Assembly (NCBI GenBank): GCA_030429505.1
Contig: JAUIFI010000001.1
Location: 750,001-782,000 of the forward strand
DNA from: Candidatus Saccharimonadota bacterium
GTDB lineage: Bacteria > Patescibacteriota > Gracilibacteria > UBA4473
Direction: 5' to 3'
Length of the DNA: 32,000 bases
Part shown: piece by piece, positions 18,547 to 26,706 of the stretch
Position numbering within the stretch: the stretch's first letter is position 1
How the letters are laid out: every line of letters begins with the position of its first letter
The notes under the pieces: generated by a model
What the model was told of the DNA's origin: nothing
The model's database searches: none
Seen by the model: the letters and a program-made list of their open reading frames with translations, nothing else
Position numbers and translations under genes: made by a program

Positions 18547-20085
18547 ATGAAACAATCTGGAAAAAATACCATTACACACATTCTCCTAGCATCAATAACA
18601 CTTATGTGGGTAATGATCGGGTCTCCACGCATCTTTGATTTTCCACTAAAGCTAGAGCACGTCCAAGCCGCCAGTACACTTGGACATAGCGCAATCTATC
18701 GAGACTCAAATGGAACACATGATACGAATAATGCCACCTATACGGGCGTCCCTTTTAATGTGCAACAAACGCAAGATGCCACCTTCACACAAAATGCCAA
18801 TGATATTGATATCGACTTAGCTGATAGCGGACGATACTTGTTTGGATACACAATCCAATCAAGAAATGATAGCTATACTAATCGAGTTTCCTATCGTTCT
18901 CGGGTAACTTTGGGTGGAACCGAACAAGTAGTAGGTCATGGACAGGGTTTTCGGAGAAGTGCAGTCGATGATCGCTATCACTCCTACGGCTATGGAATCA
19001 TCAATGCCAGTGCTGGAGAAGATTTTCGAGTAGAAGTGATTCGTCAGGGAACAAATGATCCCAGCACCCATTTACTCGAAGCCAATCGATCATCAATGTG
19101 GCTATTAAAGCTTGATGATACCTGGGATTACTTACGTCTACAGGGAGCAGACAATCAAGCAACCACTGTCACCAAACAAACCATCAACTTTACGAACCTT
19201 GTCGAGAATACCAATACATCAACTTTTAGTCATGATACAGGCACAAATCCCCATCAAATCACCCTTAAAGAAGCAGGGCATTATTTGATAACCTACAACG
19301 TAGGAGTCGATGGTTCAGAAAATCGAACCTCGATTACCACCAACCTTGATATGAATGGAACAGATATTCCACAATCATTTGATTATGCATATATCCGAAG
19401 TAGCGACGATACCACAGAAGGTACCGCTACCAACATGACGATTCTGGAAGCCAATGCCAACGATATCTTGACCCTCGAATGGGGAGCTCTCGATAACAAT
19501 AGTGCCAATGGAACCAATACTATGAGCGATCGAACTGCCATTACGATCGTAAAGCTTCCTGACAGCGCTGACTATTTACGAGCTTATGAAGCAGGAGGAG
19601 GTCAAAGTTTAAATAATACAACAACGACAACAGTAATCTTTGACACTCAAAGCGAAGCTGACAGCAGTTCTTTCAGTTACAACACAACATCAGGAGTAAC
19701 GACGATTCAACAAGATGGAAACTATCTCTTTACTCACGGTGCTCGGAGTGTACGAGACAATACAAATGCCCGTACAATGAGAGGAGGATTTTGGTATGTA
19801 AATGGTGTACAACAAACCGTTGGAAATACTGGTGTCTATATACGAGGAGATGGTGGTTCACAAGACTCGTTTGCTGGAGGGTGGTCAGCAGCTGGTCTTT
19901 TCTCTCTTTCAAACACCAATACTATTGATTTTCGCTACGAAGACCAAGGAGATGATGGTGGTGGTGGAACAGATTCCCTGCAAGCAAATTCCTACGGAAT
20001 TACAGCAGTGAACTTAAATACACTGTTTCCATCTGGCGACGATCCCACTCCCGCTGGAAATTTTTGGTTTGGAATGGGATTCTAA
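18547..20085 (+). CDS. membrane-anchored/secreted protein P3 with three tandem ~148-aa gC1q/TNF-like repeats
   Basis: N-terminal hydrophobic anchor. Repeat anchors G(R/H/N)YL at aa 95, 244 and 391, and DYLR at aa 194 and 342. Repeat 3 reads VIFDT...F.Y....G......G.YLFT, like gC1q domains. Confidence 0.8.
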   Translation: MKQSGKNTITHILLASITLMWVMIGSPRIFDFPLKLEHVQAASTLGHSAIYRDSNGTHDTNNATYTGVPFNVQQTQDATFTQNANDIDIDLADSGRYLFGYTIQSRNDSYTNRVSYRSRVTLGGTEQVVGHGQGFRRSAVDDRYHSYGYGIINASAGEDFRVEVIRQGTNDPSTHLLEANRSSMWLLKLDDTWDYLRLQGADNQATTVTKQTINFTNLVENTNTSTFSHDTGTNPHQITLKEAGHYLITYNVGVDGSENRTSITTNLDMNGTDIPQSFDYAYIRSSDDTTEGTATNMTILEANANDILTLEWGALDNNSANGTNTMSDRTAITIVKLPDSADYLRAYEAGGGQSLNNTTTTTVIFDTQSEADSSSFSYNTTSGVTTIQQDGNYLFTHGARSVRDNTNARTMRGGFWYVNGVQQTVGNTGVYIRGDGGSQDSFAGGWSAAGLFSLSNTNTIDFRYEDQGDDGGGGTDSLQANSYGITAVNLNTLFPSGDDPTPAGNFWFGMGF

Positions 20086-20129
20086 AATATATAAAAAAAT
20101 AATTGTACAACTTCATCAATATATAATAT

Positions 20130-20158
20130 TTGCCTAATAAGCATAAAAAGGATACAAT
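20130..20158 (+). promoter_or_regulatory. candidate promoter (TTGCCT-17-TACAAT) for P4
   Basis: Hexamers at 20130..20135 and 20153..20158, 38 nt before the ATG at 20197. Confidence 0.4.
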
Positions 20159-20196
20159 GACCCGATTTTTTTCATATAAGTTTAACTTAGAAAGGA

Positions 20197-21636
20197 ATGA
20201 AACACATAAAGCAATTTCTAGCAGGAATACTTCTCGTATCATTAGGACTACTTACAAACGTTCCTGAGACTAGCGCACGCCTGATCTTTACTACCGAAGA
20301 AGATGGTACTAAATCTTCGGAATACCATATCGATCAAGGCGATAGTTCGAGTAGTAATATTGACTTAGCCTTTGGATCAAGCCTCACCAATCGATTACGA
20401 TACGACGTGTCTGCTGGAGAATTCAGCTTTAGCAAAGCCTTGAGTTTAGCCGGAAATGCTTTGAAAAACTTTATCATTGAAAAACTCGCCTCAGACCCCG
20501 CTACCTGCGACAGCTCTGCTGCGGGTCGAATGTACTACAAAACCGGAACTAATGAGATGATGTTTTGTAATGGTTCAGCCTGGACCGCCTTCGAAGCTGG
20601 AGGAATTTCTGATGGCTCCATTACAGGAGTCAAGCTCAATGCCGCTGTAGCTGGAAACGGGTTAGGGAAAGACGGATCAAACAATTTAGAAGTAAAAGTA
20701 GATGATTCAACTATCGAAATTGATACAGACGCCCTGCGAGTAAAAGATAGCGGAATCACCTCTGCTAAACTCGGAGCCGATGCCGTAACCGCTGCGAAAT
20801 TAAATGCTGATACTGCCGGCGCCGGTTTAGGACAAAATGGAGGGACTGGAGCTCTCGAAATCAACGTCGATGATACAGGTATTGAAATTAGCAGTGACAC
20901 TATTCAACTCAAAGACGGAGGCGTCGTCGCCGGAAAAATTGGAGCCGATGCCGTAACCGCCGCAAAATTAAATGCTGATACCGCCGGTTTAGGAATCGTT
21001 CAAAACGGAGGAACTGGAGCTCTCGACCTTAACGTCGATGACTCAACCGTAGAAATCAATAGTGACACCATCCAAGTAAAAGACGGAGGTATTACCTCCG
21101 CTAAAATCACGGACAATACCATTGCTTTTGCCGATATAGCCGAACGAGAAGTAACCTTCACCCTCACTCCTGAGTATCCAAATTTCTCACTCTATGCTGA
21201 CGGCACAAACAACGTCGGAACCATGAAGGCTGATTATGATAATACTGATGATCGAAATTATTACGAATGGTCCACCAAACAAGGAAGCGCTCAAGACTAC
21301 GATATCATCATTCAATGGCCGATTCCGGAAAACTTTCAGAGTTGGTCCTCAAGCTCAGATGAGATTCAGCTTGATGTCAAAAGCACCACCACCACAGCTG
21401 CCAATAACAAATTAGATATAACCTTGAGCGATACTGCCGGATCAGACGTAACCCTGACGGGTGGAACCGATATTGCCAGCTCTACTGCCGATACATGGAG
21501 AAACAACTACGGCATCACCTTTAGCGGCGGGACCTGGACTCCAGGGGGATACGCAACTATGAAAATAAAAATGACCGCCACCAATACCAACGCGATTCAA
21601 CTCGGAGAAATTCGATTCAACAGTCGAGTAAAATAA
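20197..21636 (+). CDS. secreted fibre-like protein P4: module N, Cys-loop motif, 3 x 56-aa repeats, module C
   Basis: Signal peptide (ETSA-RL). Module N at 20278..20457. C104...C124 motif (ATCDSSAAGRMYYKTGTNEMMFCNGSAW). Tandem repeats at 20605..21108. Module C at 21163..21633 is paralogous to 17085..17543. Confidence 0.85.
   Translation: MKHIKQFLAGILLVSLGLLTNVPETSARLIFTTEEDGTKSSEYHIDQGDSSSSNIDLAFGSSLTNRLRYDVSAGEFSFSKALSLAGNALKNFIIEKLASDPATCDSSAAGRMYYKTGTNEMMFCNGSAWTAFEAGGISDGSITGVKLNAAVAGNGLGKDGSNNLEVKVDDSTIEIDTDALRVKDSGITSAKLGADAVTAAKLNADTAGAGLGQNGGTGALEINVDDTGIEISSDTIQLKDGGVVAGKIGADAVTAAKLNADTAGLGIVQNGGTGALDLNVDDSTVEINSDTIQVKDGGITSAKITDNTIAFADIAEREVTFTLTPEYPNFSLYADGTNNVGTMKADYDNTDDRNYYEWSTKQGSAQDYDIIIQWPIPENFQSWSSSSDEIQLDVKSTTTTAANNKLDITLSDTAGSDVTLTGGTDIASSTADTWRNNYGITFSGGTWTPGGYATMKIKMTATNTNAIQLGEIRFNSRVK
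20605..21108 (+). repeat. three in-frame tandem repeats of 168 nt (56 aa) inside P4
   Basis: Units start at 20605, 20773 and 20941. Units 2 and 3 are roughly 80% identical at DNA level (ggagccgatgccgtaacc...). Unit 1 is more diverged. Consensus: KLNA..AG.GLG..GG...L...VDD...EI..D...(V/L)KD.G(I/V)...K(I/L). Confidence 0.85.
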
Positions 21637-21701
21637 ATAATCTCAATTCTAAAATCAGTCCAGAAAAACATTTCTGACATACTTGTTACGGAAAGCACAG
21701 A

Positions 21702-22742
21702 TTATGGCTGAAACTCAATGTGAGCCTCAAGAGCCTCCCGTGCTTTATCAGCCAGAGAAGATGCCAAAAGCTTAATATTCACCGCCATCTCTCGCATTTG
21801 TAATGGATCAGTTTGTTCTGCTTGATCAGCAAATCGCCAAGCATTTTGAGCAGCCTTAACAACATCTTCAAACAATGCATTCTCAGCCGCCGCATAAGCC
21901 CCCACCAAACTATTCACCGCCTCTACCGTCAGTGATACAGCCTGTGCCGTTACATTGTCTGGTGTAAGGGAAAGCAAAGCCTGACTATACTTTTTCGCCG
22001 CTACTACAGAAAACCCCGCCGTCATCACATCATTATGCTTTAAAACATCAAGCGCATAAACCAAATGACGTTCAGTAAGACTAGCAAAAAGCTGCGGATC
22101 TTTTAATCCATTCCCCTTGTACAATGTCTGGTACAAAATATGTGCAGCCAAGGAACGCGTCACCGGACGATCCGGAAAGATGTTCCCTTCATCATCCGGT
22201 TCCAAAATACCAAATTGCACCCCAAAAAGAAGCGAAGGCGCAAACCAGGCTTCATCAGGAACATCTTTCAAAGACACATTCAGCTGATAAACGGAAGGAT
22301 CAACTTCAAAAGCAGCTAAAACCATCTTAAAAAATTCAGCCAGATTCACTGGTCTGTGAGGAAAAAACTGTCCAGTTTCAGAACTACTCGAAACAATACC
22401 CTTCACAATAGCATGATTTACAAACGGAAGAAACCAAGCGCTCGAAGAAACATCAGAAAAAGTATTACTTCCTTCAACCAAAGATTCTTCTGTCGTAGCA
22501 ATAATAGTTTTAAGAGCCTCTACTCGATTAATCTGTTTTTCTACACCAAAAGTCCCATCACTATACCCTTTCATATATCCTTTTTCACCAAAATATTTAA
22601 TCGCAGTATAATGGGGATGAGAAACAGAAACATCCGTATACCCAGCAAGAGCTGTGTGAAAAACAAACATGCTTCCAATACCAAGCAAGAAAAAATTTTT
22701 TAAAACAATCGAAGATTTCATTAACCCCAGTATAAATACCAT
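21702..22742 (-). CDS. S-layer homology (SLH) domain protein, three SLH repeats plus Ala-rich helical C-terminus
   Basis: Three SLH-like units (YTDVSVSHPHYTAIKYFGEKGYMKGYSDGTFG; FSDVSSSAWFLPFVNHAIVKGIV; LKDVPDEAWFAPSLLFGVQFGILEPDDEGNIFPDRPVTR). N-terminal signal. Alternative start MKSS at 22721. Confidence 0.8.
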   Translation of the reverse strand: MVFILGLMKSSIVLKNFFLLGIGSMFVFHTALAGYTDVSVSHPHYTAIKYFGEKGYMKGYSDGTFGVEKQINRVEALKTIIATTEESLVEGSNTFSDVSSSAWFLPFVNHAIVKGIVSSSSETGQFFPHRPVNLAEFFKMVLAAFEVDPSVYQLNVSLKDVPDEAWFAPSLLFGVQFGILEPDDEGNIFPDRPVTRSLAAHILYQTLYKGNGLKDPQLFASLTERHLVYALDVLKHNDVMTAGFSVVAAKKYSQALLSLTPDNVTAQAVSLTVEAVNSLVGAYAAAENALFEDVVKAAQNAWRFADQAEQTDPLQMREMAVNIKLLASSLADKAREALEAHIEFQP

Positions 22743-22813
22743 CTCTCAAAAAATGAAATCTACGTGAAAATAAAAACAAGACAATACTCTCTACTTCCCT
22801 ATAAATAAACCAC

Positions 22814-22972
22814 ATGGAAGACTTAGAAGACATCATATTACTTGAAGATCAAGACGAGAACGAAAACAGTTCATCAAAGAAAATTATCTCAGGAAGCTCT
22901 AATAAAGTCTTTCTTATAACTTTAGCTGGTATAGCCGCACTTATCGCCATTATTACAGCATTTTTCAATTAA
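22814..22972 (+). CDS. possible 52-aa tail-anchored membrane protein (below ORF-track threshold)
   Basis: My own translation: MEDLEDIILLEDQDENENSSSKKIISGSSNKVFLITLAGIAALIAIITAFFN, stop TAA at 22970..22972. Acidic N-terminus plus one TM helix. No homology evidence. Confidence 0.3.
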   Translation: MEDLEDIILLEDQDENENSSSKKIISGSSNKVFLITLAGIAALIAIITAFFN

Positions 22973-22989
22973 TATTTTTCAAAAGCACA

Positions 22990-23018
22990 TTGCACCAACA
23001 AAAGTTTTCCCAGATAAT
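22990..23018 (+). promoter_or_regulatory. candidate promoter (TTGCAC-17-GATAAT) ending 8 nt before flavodoxin ATG
   Basis: Hexamers at 22990..22995 and 23013..23018. ATG at 23027. Confidence 0.4.
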
Positions 23019-23026
23019 AATACTGT

Positions 23027-23482
23027 ATGGTGAAAGTCTTCATCGTCTACGGTACTACAGGTGGCAATACACACGTCGTCTGTGAACACGTAGCCAATAT
23101 GTTGAGAGAATGCAAACACACCGTCACAACCAAACGTTGTGAGATCACCAAGCCTGAAGAATTGTTAAAGTGTGACTGCCTTATTCTCGCAAGTCCTACT
23201 TACGGACACGGTTTACTCGAAAAACACTTTCGTACGTATTTTTTTCCAAAAATTCAAAATTTGAATTTAAAGCAAAAACCCTGCGGCGTCATCGGACTCG
23301 GAGACGACAAATACGACAGTGATTACTTCATAGAATCAGCAGAAATTCTGTCAGAATACATCAAAAATCATAACGGAAACCTAATCATAGAACCACTCAA
23401 AATCGCTCAAAGCCCCATCCCAAAACTAAAAAAAGACATACAAAAATGGAGCAACCAACTTTCTAAAACACTGAAACAATGA
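23027..23482 (+). CDS. short-chain flavodoxin
   Basis: FMN phosphate-binding loop VFIVYGTTGGNTHVVCEHVA. SPTYGHG and GLGDDKYDSDYF motifs. 151 aa. Confidence 0.85.
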   Translation: MVKVFIVYGTTGGNTHVVCEHVANMLRECKHTVTTKRCEITKPEELLKCDCLILASPTYGHGLLEKHFRTYFFPKIQNLNLKQKPCGVIGLGDDKYDSDYFIESAEILSEYIKNHNGNLIIEPLKIAQSPIPKLKKDIQKWSNQLSKTLKQ

Positions 23483-25206
23483 ATCGCATTCGCTTAAAAA
23501 TTGTCGGACAAAGCGGATCTGGGTTACTAACCGTCGGAGACATAGTGTCTCAAGGACTCAATCAACTGGGATTTCAATTGTGCAGCGATCGGGAATACCC
23601 ATCCTTAATTAAAGGGGGACATTCTTGCTATACCATCAATTTCGCAAATCACCCTATCCGTTCACTTTCTCATACCGCAGACATTCTCGTCGCTATCGAT
23701 AAACCGAGCTTAGTTGCCTACCATCAGGCACTCAAGCCCAAAGGGACCCTTATCCATGGATATGAACGCACCCAAGGCATCAAAGACATTCTTGATCAAG
23801 CCAAGAAAAAAAACATAACCATTATCAGTACCAAAGCCAGACAACTCGCCCATACATACGGCGGAAACGAACTCATGGCGAATGTCATTCTCACAGGCAT
23901 GGTCTGGAAAGCACTAGGATTTGAACTAAAAATCGTCCAAAAACTCTTCGAAAAAAAATTTCAGCGCAAACCAGAAATTTCAAAAATTGCCATTAAATGC
24001 CTCAAGGCTGCCTTCAACGAAGTAAAAAAAATCTCAGATATCCCACTCCCTACCAAGAAAAAAACACGAAAACTTCTCGATGGAAATCACTCTCTTGCCC
24101 TCGGAGCTGTACACGCTGGAGTTCGATTCTACGTCGCCTACCCCATGAGCCCTTCCAGCTCCATCCTCACTCACATGGCCAATATGAGCACAAAAACAGG
24201 AGTCATCGTCAAGCAAGCTGAAGACGAAATAACCGTCGCTCAACTCGCTCTGGGCGCTATACACGGAGGCACGAGAGCCTTATGTGCTACCTCTGGAGGT
24301 GGTTTTGATTTAATGACAGAAACCGTATCACTCGCCGGCATCATCGAAACTCCCTTAGTCATAATCATCGTCCAACGTCCTGGACCCGGCACAGGACTTC
24401 CCACTTGGACCGCCCAAGGCGACCTCAACCTCGCCATCCATGCCGGACATGGCGAATTTACACGACTCGTCATCGGTGTCAGCGATCCTGTCGATACCTA
24501 CAATAATATTCAACACGCCCTCAATTACGCTGAAAAATATCAAATCCCTGTCATACTCCTCAGTGATAAAGTCACCGCCGAGTCCAAACACACTATTGAT
24601 CCAAAAGATTTCGAAAGCATCGCCATCGAACGGAATCTCACAGAAGGAAAAGATCTGAAAAAACTCGCAAGCTCAGACCGCTATGCTTTAACCAAATCAG
24701 GCGTATCCAAACGCTGGCTCCCGGGATCATGTAAAACGTGGTACTTCGCTAACAGTGACGAACATAAAGAAGACGGTGTTTTAACTGAAGAAGGAGAAGA
24801 AGCCGGTAAAATGTACGCTAAACGTAATAGAAAACTTGAGACACTCCTCGAAGAACTTCCTGAACCGACTTTATACGGAGATATCAAAGCCGACATTAGC
24901 TTTATCGGGTGGGGCAGTACCCGCACCACTATGCTCGACATCATTGAGTTTTACAAAGACAAAAATATATCCGTCAACTACCTCCACTACGATTATCTCT
25001 GGCCGCTCAAAACCAAGATGTTCGAAAAAGTACACAAAAACAATGCAAATATTCATCTCATAGAAGGAAACTACCTCGGACAACTCGGAAACCTTTTAGA
25101 ACAAAAAACTGGGCTAAAACTAAAACAAAAATTTCTCAAATACGATGGACGTCCTTTTTTCATTGAAGATGTCATAGAATACATTGATAAACATACCAAA
25201 TCATGA
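23479..25206 (+). CDS. 2-oxoacid:acceptor oxidoreductase, fused gamma-alpha subunit
   Basis: N-terminal POR gamma-type domain (IVGQSGSGLLTVGDIV...). Alpha domain follows (GNHSLALGAVHAGVRFYVAYPMSPSS...ATSGGGFDLM...QRPGPGTGLPT). ATGA overlap with the flavodoxin stop. Confidence 0.9.
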   Translation: MNRIRLKIVGQSGSGLLTVGDIVSQGLNQLGFQLCSDREYPSLIKGGHSCYTINFANHPIRSLSHTADILVAIDKPSLVAYHQALKPKGTLIHGYERTQGIKDILDQAKKKNITIISTKARQLAHTYGGNELMANVILTGMVWKALGFELKIVQKLFEKKFQRKPEISKIAIKCLKAAFNEVKKISDIPLPTKKKTRKLLDGNHSLALGAVHAGVRFYVAYPMSPSSSILTHMANMSTKTGVIVKQAEDEITVAQLALGAIHGGTRALCATSGGGFDLMTETVSLAGIIETPLVIIIVQRPGPGTGLPTWTAQGDLNLAIHAGHGEFTRLVIGVSDPVDTYNNIQHALNYAEKYQIPVILLSDKVTAESKHTIDPKDFESIAIERNLTEGKDLKKLASSDRYALTKSGVSKRWLPGSCKTWYFANSDEHKEDGVLTEEGEEAGKMYAKRNRKLETLLEELPEPTLYGDIKADISFIGWGSTRTTMLDIIEFYKDKNISVNYLHYDYLWPLKTKMFEKVHKNNANIHLIEGNYLGQLGNLLEQKTGLKLKQKFLKYDGRPFFIEDVIEYIDKHTKS

Positions 25207-26087
25207 AATCACAAGATCTCAAAGTCCTCGCGAAAAAATCCGATCAATACCTAGAGTACGAAACCGACGAACTCATGACCTGGTGTGGAGGATGCGGCAA
25301 CTATGCCATCCAAAATGCCGTCAAAAGATCACTTGTCCTAGAAAATATAGATCATCAAAATATCCTTTTCTGCTTTGATATCGGCTGCAGTGGCAATGAA
25401 TCTGATAAAATCCAAGGCTACACCATCCACGGACTCCATGGACGCATACTGCCACTCGCCGCCGGCGCCAAAATCGCCAACCCCAACCTCACCGTCATTG
25501 CCACCGCAGGAGACGGAGCAACCTTGAGCGAAGGCGTCAACCACCTCATCCACGCTATCCGCAACGACTACCCTATCCTATTTTTACTCCACGATAACCA
25601 AAACTACGCCCTGACCACCGGACAAGCATCCAGCACCTCTCCCAGAGGATGCCGCCGTAATGCCGCTCCTGAAGGTGTTCCTGTAGATCCACTTAACCCC
25701 TTGGAACTTGTACTCAGCCAAAAGCCATCCTTCGTCGCCCAAACCACCTCCAGCCACCCCGACCACATGACAGACACCTTTCGCAAAGCGCTCAATCATA
25801 AAGGTTTCGCCTTTGTCTCGATCCTCCAAACCTGCCCCACCTACAATAAACAAACCTCCAACCAGTGGTACCTCGAAAACACCATAGAAGTCGAAACCAT
25901 CAAAAAATACGACCATACAAATATCTGGGACGCCCGGAAAATCGTCGAATCCGAAAACGAAAAAATACCCCTCGGTCTCATCTATCAAAACCCGAAAAAA
26001 ACCAATTTCCTCAACGCTATGGAAAACGGGAAACCAAGGAATCTTACGAAAGAAGTAAAACACTACGACGTATCCAAGCTGTATTAA
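25203..26087 (+). CDS. 2-oxoacid:acceptor oxidoreductase, beta (TPP-binding) subunit
   Basis: WCGGCGNY and DIGCSGN cysteine motifs. TPP motif GDGA...NQNYALTTGQ. ATGA overlap with the alpha stop. Confidence 0.9.
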   Translation: MKSQDLKVLAKKSDQYLEYETDELMTWCGGCGNYAIQNAVKRSLVLENIDHQNILFCFDIGCSGNESDKIQGYTIHGLHGRILPLAAGAKIANPNLTVIATAGDGATLSEGVNHLIHAIRNDYPILFLLHDNQNYALTTGQASSTSPRGCRRNAAPEGVPVDPLNPLELVLSQKPSFVAQTTSSHPDHMTDTFRKALNHKGFAFVSILQTCPTYNKQTSNQWYLENTIEVETIKKYDHTNIWDARKIVESENEKIPLGLIYQNPKKTNFLNAMENGKPRNLTKEVKHYDVSKLY

Positions 26088-26111
26088 AATACAAAAAACA
26101 GAGTAACAAAA

Positions 26112-26140
26112 TTCACAAAAAACTCTCTTTGTGATAGAAT
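26112..26140 (+). promoter_or_regulatory. candidate promoter (TTCACA-17-TAGAAT)
   Basis: Hexamers at 26112..26117 and 26135..26140, 21 nt before the ATG at 26162. Confidence 0.35.
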
Positions 26141-26161
26141 GAAGGGAACATAAAAAAGAAT

Positions 26162-26644
26162 ATGCCACTCGATTCACTACAAAACAAAAATTCCTATGAA
26201 AATCATGAAGCAATAGCCATAATACAAGAATCACGCAACAGCATAGAAAAAATCAAAGAACAAGAAGAGATAAAAGGAGAAACGAAAGAAAAGTTGGAAA
26301 AGTTAAAAAACAGACTTATCAATAGCCTTCCAAGCTCTCTACTCACAATATTCATAGAGGGGAAAATAAAAAAAGCAAAAAAAGCAATTAGTGAGTTTTT
26401 CGAAGAAAGATCTAGAAAAGTAGATCAAGGAGTATTAGAAAAAAAAGAACAAGCCTACGAAAGATTGCTTGAAATTTTAGAGAAACATCTCCAACACGAA
26501 TTAGATTTCTTTAATCCAAAAAAGAAAGAAGAGTACGAATCTAGAAGAAAAGAAGTAAACAAATACATGAAAAAGTATTATCCCAATTTTTGGATTGAAT
26601 ATGAAGCAATTCAGAAAAAATTCACAGAAACATACCCAAAATAA
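26162..26644 (+). CDS. hypothetical Lys/Glu-rich, probably coiled-coil protein
   Basis: 160-aa ORF with its own promoter candidate. Highly charged heptad-like sequence. No family recognised. Confidence 0.5.
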   Translation: MPLDSLQNKNSYENHEAIAIIQESRNSIEKIKEQEEIKGETKEKLEKLKNRLINSLPSSLLTIFIEGKIKKAKKAISEFFEERSRKVDQGVLEKKEQAYERLLEILEKHLQHELDFFNPKKKEEYESRRKEVNKYMKKYYPNFWIEYEAIQKKFTETYPK

Positions 26645-26645
26645 G

Positions 26646-26677
26646 AAAAAAAAGCCCGATCTCAACAAAACCGGGCT
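26646..26677 (-). terminator. rho-independent terminator for the minus-strand gene 26707..27270
   Basis: On the minus strand: AGCCCG(g)-loop-(t)CGGGCT followed by T8 (the A-run 26646..26653 on plus). About 30 nt downstream of the stop. Confidence 0.5.
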
Positions 26678-26706
26678 AGAACATTTCGAACCGTCAGTAT
26701 CTTCAT

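Noticed and set aside
18500-20085. C-terminal ...YVLNF (P2) and ...FWFGMGF (P3) as outer-membrane beta-barrel sorting signals
   Set aside because: Alternating hydrophobics ending in Phe resemble an OMP beta-signal, but nothing else in these proteins looks like a barrel. No BAM or OM genes are seen. A terminal beta-strand of a jelly-roll explains it equally well.
20535-20900. 121-aa minus-strand ORF inside P4
   Set aside because: It is antisense to the repeat region of P4. The open frame is explained by the Ala/Gly-rich repeat codons.
20605-21108. Diversity-generating retroelement (template/variable repeat) explanation for the P4 repeats
   Set aside because: No reverse transcriptase gene is present in the window. 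Differences between units are not adenine-specific. The repeats are tandem and in-frame within one gene.
25584-26234. 216-aa minus-strand ORF antisense to the oxidoreductase beta subunit
   Set aside because: The plus-strand frame carries clear TPP and Fe-S motifs. The antisense translation is Val/Gly/Phe-rich shadow sequence.
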